A stretch of DNA of 64,000 nucleotides from positions 320,001-384,000 of the forward strand of contig OZ219872.1 of the NCBI GenBank assembly GCA_964291495.2, given 5' to 3'. The translations under genes and the position numbers were made by a program. The stretch comes from Dehalococcoidia bacterium. GTDB taxonomy: Bacteria; Chloroflexota; Dehalococcoidia; UBA2979. Below, piece after piece: positions 58,083 to 64,000 of the stretch (position 1 is its first letter; each line of letters starts with the position of its first letter). The notes under the pieces were generated by a model, which ran no database searches, was not told the origin of the DNA, and saw only the letters and a program-made list of their open reading frames with translations.

Positions 58083-59099
58083 TCAGGCGAGCTCCGCCAT
58101 CGGATCGCGCCCGAGCAAGGCAGCCATCGCCTCCTGCGGCGACATCTTCCCGTCGAGAATCGCCTGCAGCGCGGCGGCGATCGGCAGTTCGACCCCGAGC
58201 CTGGCGGCGAGGCGCAGCGCGGCGGGTGTCGTTGACACGCCCTCGACCGTCTCGCCGATGGTCTTGAGGGCCTCATCGCGGCTCGCGCCGCCGCCGATCA
58301 GCTCGCCGAGGCGGCGGTTGCGCGAGAGCGGGCTGTAGGAGGTCGCCATCAGGTCGCCGATGCCGGCGAGGCCCTGGAACGTGAGCGGGTCGGCTCCGGC
58401 GGCCACGCCGAGCCTCGATATCTCGGCGAGTCCGCGCGCGATCAGCGCCGCCTTGGCGTTATCCCCGAAGGCGAAGGCGTCGGCCATCCCGGCGGCGATC
58501 GCGATGATGTTCTTGAGCGCCCCGCCGAACTCGGCGCCCACGACGTCGCCACTGGTGTAGACGCGGAACGAGGCGCTGTGGAAGGCGGTGCGGATCGCCT
58601 CGAGCGACGGGGCCGCCGAGGCGATGACAGTGGCGCCGGGCAGCCCGGGGGCGATCTCGCGCGAGAGGTTCGGCCCGGACAGGGCGGCGAGCGGCCGGCC
58701 CGGCAGCAGCGAGGCGAGCACCTCCGTCATGCGGCGTCCGCTCTCGGTCTCGATGCCCTTCGAGCCAGACAACAACGGCGTTGCAGGCGGCACATGCGGG
58801 GCGACCGCGGCGGCGTTCTCCGCCATCGTCTGCGCCGGCACCACGAAGCAGATCAGGTCCGCGTCCTCGAGCACGGCGAGGTCGGCGGAAACCGCCAGGC
58901 CGGGCGGGAACGCGACATCGGGGAGCCGGGCGTGCGCACCGGCGCTGCGCAGGCGCGCGGCCTCCTCGTCGGTGCGGGCGAGCAGGGTGACGGACACGCC
59001 GTTGCGCGCGAGCAGGACCGCGATCGTCACGCCCCAGCCGGTGGCCCCGATGACCGCGGCCCGGCGGATTGGCGCCGGGGCCGCTGCGCGCTCAGGCAC
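58083..59099 (-). CDS. gpsA: NAD(P)H-dependent glycerol-3-phosphate dehydrogenase
   Basis: KGIE, LSGPN, G.E.GGALKN, G.NAKAAL..RG..E, G.GDL..T, SRN. Confidence 0.95.
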   Translation of the reverse strand: MPERAAAPAPIRRAAVIGATGWGVTIAVLLARNGVSVTLLARTDEEAARLRSAGAHARLPDVAFPPGLAVSADLAVLEDADLICFVVPAQTMAENAAAVAPHVPPATPLLSGSKGIETESGRRMTEVLASLLPGRPLAALSGPNLSREIAPGLPGATVIASAAPSLEAIRTAFHSASFRVYTSGDVVGAEFGGALKNIIAIAAGMADAFAFGDNAKAALIARGLAEISRLGVAAGADPLTFQGLAGIGDLMATSYSPLSRNRRLGELIGGGASRDEALKTIGETVEGVSTTPAALRLAARLGVELPIAAALQAILDGKMSPQEAMAALLGRDPMAELA

Positions 59100-59715
59100 C
59101 GCCCGCGCGCGGCGCGCCGCCCTGCCCCAGCTTGGGCTCCACCCCGGCGATCAGGCGCCGGATGTTGCCGATGTGCCCGAGCTCGATCGAGGCCGTCACC
59201 GCGAAGGCGAAGAGCAGGTAGTGGACGGGCAGCCAGCCGGCAACGACGAGGGCGACCACCGAGAGGCACCCCGCGGCCGTTGCGGTGATCGTCGTGAGCG
59301 AGGCGTAGCGCGTCGCCGCCAGCGCGATCGCGGCGCACACGATGAGGACCGCGCCGGCGATCGGGGCGATCACGGCGAAGGCGCCGAACGCCGTCGCCGC
59401 CCCTCGGCCGCCCCGGAAGCCGGCGAAGATCGGGAACATGTGGCCGGCCACCGCGGCGACGCCGCCGAGCGCGACCGCCCACGGGTCGTCGAAGACGAAG
59501 CGCGCGATCAGCACCGGCACGGCGCCCTTCGCGATGTCCGCGGCGATCACGATCAGCGCGGCGCCCCAGCCCAGCGAGCGGAGCGTGTTGGTGAAGCCCG
59601 ACTTGCCCGAACCGTAGTCGCGCACGTCCACGCCTCGGTAGACGCGCCCGACGAGCACGCCGAACGGGATCGACCCGATCAGGTAGCCAATCACGGCGAT
59701 CAGTGTGGCAATCAC
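59092..59715 (-). CDS. plsY: Glycerol-3-phosphate acyltransferase PlsY
   Basis: YL.GSIP.G, D.R..GSG, D..KG, GH..P.F..FRGG.G.AT, H..NI.RL..G.E. Confidence 0.94.
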   Translation of the reverse strand: MIATLIAVIGYLIGSIPFGVLVGRVYRGVDVRDYGSGKSGFTNTLRSLGWGAALIVIAADIAKGAVPVLIARFVFDDPWAVALGGVAAVAGHMFPIFAGFRGGRGAATAFGAFAVIAPIAGAVLIVCAAIALAATRYASLTTITATAAGCLSVVALVVAGWLPVHYLLFAFAVTASIELGHIGNIRRLIAGVEPKLGQGGAPRAGGA

Positions 59716-61064
59716 GCCAATGCCTCCACCTGCTCCGGCGTGCGGCTGCGGAAGCGCATCCGGATCGCGGTGCCTTCGAACCCGAAGGCGTCGCGGATGC
59801 GATTCTCCAGGAACCGACGATAAGCGAAATGGAGCAGGTCTGGATCATTCACGAAGAACACGAACGTGGGCGGCTCCACCTCCGCCTGCGTCACATAGAG
59901 GACCTTGAGCCGCCGCTGGCCCTGGTAGCGCGGCGGATGCTGCGCCACCGCCCGCAGCAGCACGCGGTTCAGCTCCGAGGTCTGCACGCGCCGCCGCCGC
60001 ACCTCCTGCACATGGATCGCGAGCTGCAGCAGTTCCGCGATGCCCTCGCCGGTCAGCGCCGAGATGAAGTGCACCGGCGCCCACGGCGCGAAGCGGTAGC
60101 GGCGGTCGATGCGCTTGGCGAACTGGTGGCGGTCCGTGCCGGGCTCGGCGAGATCCCACTTGTTGACGGCAAGCAGCAGGCCGGTCCCTCGCTCGATCGC
60201 GCGCCCGGCGATGTGCGCGTCCTGCGCGGCGATCGGCTCCGAGGGATCGATCAGCAGCACGACGACGTCAGCGCGCGCGATCGCTCCCTCGGCCTGCTGC
60301 ACGGAGTGGCGCTCCGCCCCGCGGCCGATCTTGCCGCGGCGGCGGATGCCCGCCGTGTCGATCAGCACCATCGCTCGCTCCTCCCACTGGAAGGGCGAGT
60401 CGATGGCGTCGCGCGTCGCGCCGGGAACCTCGGAGACGATCACGCGCTCCTCGCCGAGGATCGCGTTGACGAGCGAGGACTTGCCGACGTTGGGCCGTCC
60501 GACGATCGCGATCCGCAGCGGGCGGTCGCCGTCCTCGGCGGCCTCGGGCTCGTCCGGCGCCTCCGGCAGCGCGTCGAAGACGAGGTCGAGCAGGTCGCCG
60601 ATGCCCTCCGCGTGGTAGGCGGAGATCAGCAGCGGATCGCCGAGGCCGAGCGCGTGCGCCTCGTGCACGTTCGCCCGCGCCTCGCGACGGTCTCCCTTGT
60701 TGGCGACGACGATCGCGGGGCGCCCGGCGCGGCGCAGCTGCTCGGCGATCGCGTGGTCCGCCGCCGTCAGCGCGTTCGATGCGTCGACAACGAAGAGCAG
60801 CAGCGCGGCCTCGGAGAGCGCCAGCCCGACCTGCTCGCGGATCGGCGTGTCGAAGGGGTCGTCCTCGGGGCCCTCGAGGCCGCCGGTGTCGACGACGCGG
60901 AACTCGCGGCCGCGCCAGCGGCAGACGCCGTACTGGCGGTCGCGCGTGGTGCCGGGAAGGCGCTCGACCAGCGCGCGCCGAGAGCGCGTCAGCCGGTTGA
61001 ACAGCGCCGACTTGCCGACGTTGGGACGGCCGACAATCGCGACCAGGGGGGCTTCCGGGGTCAT
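59712..61064 (-). CDS. der: Ribosome biogenesis GTPase Der
   Basis: Two GRPNVGKS GTPase domains (DTGG, DTAG) and C-terminal KH-like PP.F. Confidence 0.97.
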   Translation of the reverse strand: MTPEAPLVAIVGRPNVGKSALFNRLTRSRRALVERLPGTTRDRQYGVCRWRGREFRVVDTGGLEGPEDDPFDTPIREQVGLALSEAALLLFVVDASNALTAADHAIAEQLRRAGRPAIVVANKGDRREARANVHEAHALGLGDPLLISAYHAEGIGDLLDLVFDALPEAPDEPEAAEDGDRPLRIAIVGRPNVGKSSLVNAILGEERVIVSEVPGATRDAIDSPFQWEERAMVLIDTAGIRRRGKIGRGAERHSVQQAEGAIARADVVVLLIDPSEPIAAQDAHIAGRAIERGTGLLLAVNKWDLAEPGTDRHQFAKRIDRRYRFAPWAPVHFISALTGEGIAELLQLAIHVQEVRRRRVQTSELNRVLLRAVAQHPPRYQGQRRLKVLYVTQAEVEPPTFVFFVNDPDLLHFAYRRFLENRIRDAFGFEGTAIRMRFRSRTPEQVEALA

Positions 61065-62410
61065 TCGGAGCTCTCCGCGGTGGCTTCGGGAGAAGGCGTC
61101 GCCGTTGGTGTGGGCGTGGGTGTTGGCGTCGGCGTCGCGATCGTCCGAAGCGTAAGCTCGAGCTGGGCGGGCCGCACCTCGCTGACGCTCACGCCCGGCG
61201 GCGCCTCGACGTCCACGTCGACCTGCGACACACCCGGCCTCAACCCACTCGCGTCGACCACGGCGATGACATCGCCGCGGTCGAGGGCGTTGAGCACGGG
61301 CAGGTCGCCTTCCACCACGACCGTGATCACGAGTTGGCTGAGGGCGCCCTGCAGCCCGGCAGGCACTCCGACCAGCCGAGGCACGACAGGGAACGCGATC
61401 GAGCCCTCGATCGGTGCGATCGAGACGATGACGTTGACTTCCTCGCCGGACACGGCGCTGACGCCGGGCGGCAGGCTGGGCGATCGCACGACGCTCAGGT
61501 TTGCGCGCGCGCCGTCGAGCAGCACCTGACCCAGCGCGAGGCTGTCGATGGTCTGCAGCACGTCGAAGCTGCCCTCGATGGCGAAGACGCCGGGCAGGAT
61601 CTGGACCCCGTCGACGCGGTAGCCGGGAGCCGGCTGCCCAAGCAGATCGACGCCGAGCGGCACGGTGCGGGTCAGCACCGTCTGCTCGATCGCCACCTCG
61701 ATGAGGACGTTGGGCGGATCGATGGTGACGCCGCGAATCTCCCCGCCGCCTGCCCCGCGGGCGACGAGCCGGAGGGACTGCGAGATGCCGAGGGTCAGAC
61801 CTGTCACATTGATGTCGGCGCCCGCGTTGACCACGAGGTCGACGAGCGACTCGGGGCCGGAGACCTCGACGTTGGCGGGCTCGGGCACCGCCTCGCCGGC
61901 CGCGAAGCCCCGAGGCAGCGCCCCGACGATGCGCGCGTCGACGGGCACCTCGCGCGTCACGATCTGCTCGAGGTTCACGAGGATCGCGGGGGGTTCCACG
62001 CTGATCACGCGCACGCCGCGCGCGTCGTTCACCTCGATGCGCACGGGGACGGTCTGCTCGCGCGCATTGAGGCCGTTCAGGTCGACAATGGCGCGAAAGT
62101 TGGCGCTGGTCAGGCTGTCCCAGCGTTCGTCGGGCGCGGCGATACGGATGCTGGCCGACGGCAGCGCATTGGCCACAGCGACCTCGCGGCCGACATTGAC
62201 GGCGACGACCTCGATCGGGGCCGGGAAGAGCCCGCTGCGGGTCGGGTTTTCCTCCTCGGTGACGAGGATCCAGATCGCCACCCCGAGCACGAAGGAGAGC
62301 GCCAGCAGGCCGGGCGTGGCGCGCACCGCGCCCAGGCTGGGCCGCCAGAAGGCCGCGAGCATTTCGCGAAGATCGGTGAGGACCGAGCGGCGAAGGTTCG
62401 AGAACGCCAT
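61061..62410 (-). CDS. cdaR: CdaR/YbbR-like diadenylate cyclase regulator
   Basis: N-terminal TM followed by repeated beta-rich YbbR-like modules; follows cdaA. Confidence 0.85.
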   Translation of the reverse strand: MAFSNLRRSVLTDLREMLAAFWRPSLGAVRATPGLLALSFVLGVAIWILVTEEENPTRSGLFPAPIEVVAVNVGREVAVANALPSASIRIAAPDERWDSLTSANFRAIVDLNGLNAREQTVPVRIEVNDARGVRVISVEPPAILVNLEQIVTREVPVDARIVGALPRGFAAGEAVPEPANVEVSGPESLVDLVVNAGADINVTGLTLGISQSLRLVARGAGGGEIRGVTIDPPNVLIEVAIEQTVLTRTVPLGVDLLGQPAPGYRVDGVQILPGVFAIEGSFDVLQTIDSLALGQVLLDGARANLSVVRSPSLPPGVSAVSGEEVNVIVSIAPIEGSIAFPVVPRLVGVPAGLQGALSQLVITVVVEGDLPVLNALDRGDVIAVVDASGLRPGVSQVDVDVEAPPGVSVSEVRPAQLELTLRTIATPTPTPTPTPTATPSPEATAESSE

Positions 62411-62411
62411 C

Positions 62412-63251
62412 TCAGGACGCCTCGCTGCGCGGCGCGGCGCCTTCCTCGACCGGAAGCTCCCCCGACGAGCCTTCCCCAGTCAGATCGAACAACCGGCGCA
62501 GCTGAGGGCGCAGGCCCTCTTCGTCCAGATCGGCGAGCATCCGCCCCTGTGAAGCCAGCGAGATCCCGCCGCTCTCCTCGGAGACGGTGACCACCACCGC
62601 GTCACTGCCCTCGGTGATGCCGAGGGCGGCGCGGTGGCGCATGCCGAGGTCGGCGGGGAGCGGCGCGTCGGAGAGCGGCAGCGTGCAGCCGGCGGCGACG
62701 ATCCGGTTCGAGCGCACGATCACGGCACCGTCGTGCAGCGGGGTGCCGGGCGCAAAGATACTGCCGAGGATCTCAGGCGTCAGCTCCGAACCGAGCGGCA
62801 CGCCGGTGTCGATCACCTCCTGCAGACCGGTCTCGCGCTCCATCACGACCAGGGCGCCGTGCCGCTGCCGGGAGAGCCGCAGGGCGGCGCGCACGACGTG
62901 CTCGATGCTCTGCTCCTGCTGCGCGCGCACGAGCGAGGGCCTCCACCCGGTCCGCCCCAGCCGCTCGAGGGCGCGACGGATCTCCGGATGGAAGACGATG
63001 ATCACGCCGATCACGAGACCGGTGATCGTGCGCTCGAGGATCCAGTTGACGACGCTCAGGTCGAAGATCCGGGCCAGCAGGAAGGCGCCGAAGAGCAGCA
63101 CGGAGACGCCGCGCAGCACGGTCATCGCCGTGGTGCCGCGCAGCAGCAGCAGCAGCCAGTAGATCGCCACCGTGATGAGCAGGATGTCGAGCACGGCGCC
63201 CGCATCGAGGCGTCCGGCGACATCGCGCACGCCGTCCGGGATTTCCGGCAC
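62412..63251 (-). CDS. cdaA: Diadenylate cyclase CdaA
   Basis: 3 TM, F.PEIR..LE, PLHDGA, LPLS, G.RHRAA, SEE. Confidence 0.95.
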   Translation of the reverse strand: MPEIPDGVRDVAGRLDAGAVLDILLITVAIYWLLLLLRGTTAMTVLRGVSVLLFGAFLLARIFDLSVVNWILERTITGLVIGVIIVFHPEIRRALERLGRTGWRPSLVRAQQEQSIEHVVRAALRLSRQRHGALVVMERETGLQEVIDTGVPLGSELTPEILGSIFAPGTPLHDGAVIVRSNRIVAAGCTLPLSDAPLPADLGMRHRAALGITEGSDAVVVTVSEESGGISLASQGRMLADLDEEGLRPQLRRLFDLTGEGSSGELPVEEGAAPRSEAS

Positions 63252-63317
63252 CTGGACGCCTTCCCTTCAGTGGATCGCGCGTGCCGGGGAAGGCGTGGCG
63301 CTCCCCGCAGCCCGGGA

Positions 63318-64000
63318 TCAGCCGGCGCTGCCGCCCAATAGCCAGGCGAGCATCGCCTGCTGCATGTGCAGGCGGTTTTCTGCCTGATCGAAGATCACCG
63401 AACGCGGCGATTCCATCACGCCCTCGCTGATTTCCTCGCCACGGTGCGCCGGCATGTCGTGCATCACCAGCACGTCCGGCGGCGCGGACTCGAGCAGCGC
63501 CTCGTCGAGGCGGAACGCAGCGAACGCCTCGATCCGGCTCTGCAGCTTGTCCTCGTCGCCCATCGAGGCCCACACATCCGTGTAGACAGCGGCGACATCG
63601 CGTACCGCCTCGACCGGATCCGTGAAACGCTCGACGCGGCCTCCGCCGGGGGCGGCGTGCGCGTGCTCGATGTCGGCGTTGCTCAGCGCGTAGCCCTCGG
63701 GCGAGGCGCAGCGCAGCTCCATGCCGGCCAGCACGCTCGCATAGGCGAGCGCGCGCGCGACGTTATTGCCCTCCCCGAGGTAGGCGACTCGCAGGCCGCG
63801 CAGCGTCGAGAAGCGCTCGCGCAGCGTCAGCAGGTCGGCGAGCGCCTGGCAGGGATGCTCGCGGTCGCTGAGCGCGTTGATCACCGGCACCCCGGCCCAC
63901 TCCGCGAACTCGATGACCGTGTCGTGCGCGTAGGTGCGCGCGGCGATGCCGTGCACCATGCGCCCCAGCACCCGCGCGATGTCGCGCACCGGCTCGCGCT
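63318..64000 (-). CDS. argF: Ornithine carbamoyltransferase (5' part outside window)
   Basis: VINAL...HPCQ.LAD, YTDVW.SMG, H..PA.RG.E, DQAENR. Confidence 0.93.
   Translation of the reverse strand, partial: REPVRDIARVLGRMVHGIAARTYAHDTVIEFAEWAGVPVINALSDREHPCQALADLLTLRERFSTLRGLRVAYLGEGNNVARALAYASVLAGMELRCASPEGYALSNADIEHAHAAPGGGRVERFTDPVEAVRDVAAVYTDVWASMGDEDKLQSRIEAFAAFRLDEALLESAPPDVLVMHDMPAHRGEEISEGVMESPRSVIFDQAENRLHMQQAMLAWLLGGSAG

Overview
Very GC-rich bacterial chromosome segment. Gene content and protein style (GuaB3, Gram-positive-type LexA box, short NuoD, Tat-exported family-5 solute-binding proteins, LLM oxidoreductase, CdaA/CdaR) suggest Chloroflexota, probably Dehalococcoidia/SAR202/Tepidiforma-like; this assignment is an inference. 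Most of the window is housekeeping: yggS-proC-yggT, recA-recX-rny-ymdB, relA, hisS, prfA-prmC, guaB3, metG-tatD, recO, dnaX-recR, ybeY, a nuo operon, argF-cdaA-cdaR-der-plsY-gpsA, tRNA-Asp and tRNA-Arg. The most notable observations are five. (1) The complex I-like operon nuoA-C-D-H-J-K-[small ORF]-L-M-N contains no Fe-S subunit gene: nuoB and nuoI are cleanly absent, as are nuoEFG. (2) A ~180-nt, highly structured, attenuator-like 5' leader of guaB3 matches no riboswitch I recognise and has partial SAM-I-like motifs. (3) An ~8.8-kb integrase-less island (methyltransferase, VOC protein, ABC transporter, LLM oxidoreductase, IS481 remnant) is bounded by a 175-bp duplication of the 3' end of a DinB-family gene, next to tRNA-Arg. 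(4) Many genes appear to have leaderless promoters. (5) LexA boxes precede recA and probably comM/yifB. All product calls come from motif recognition by eye, not database searches.
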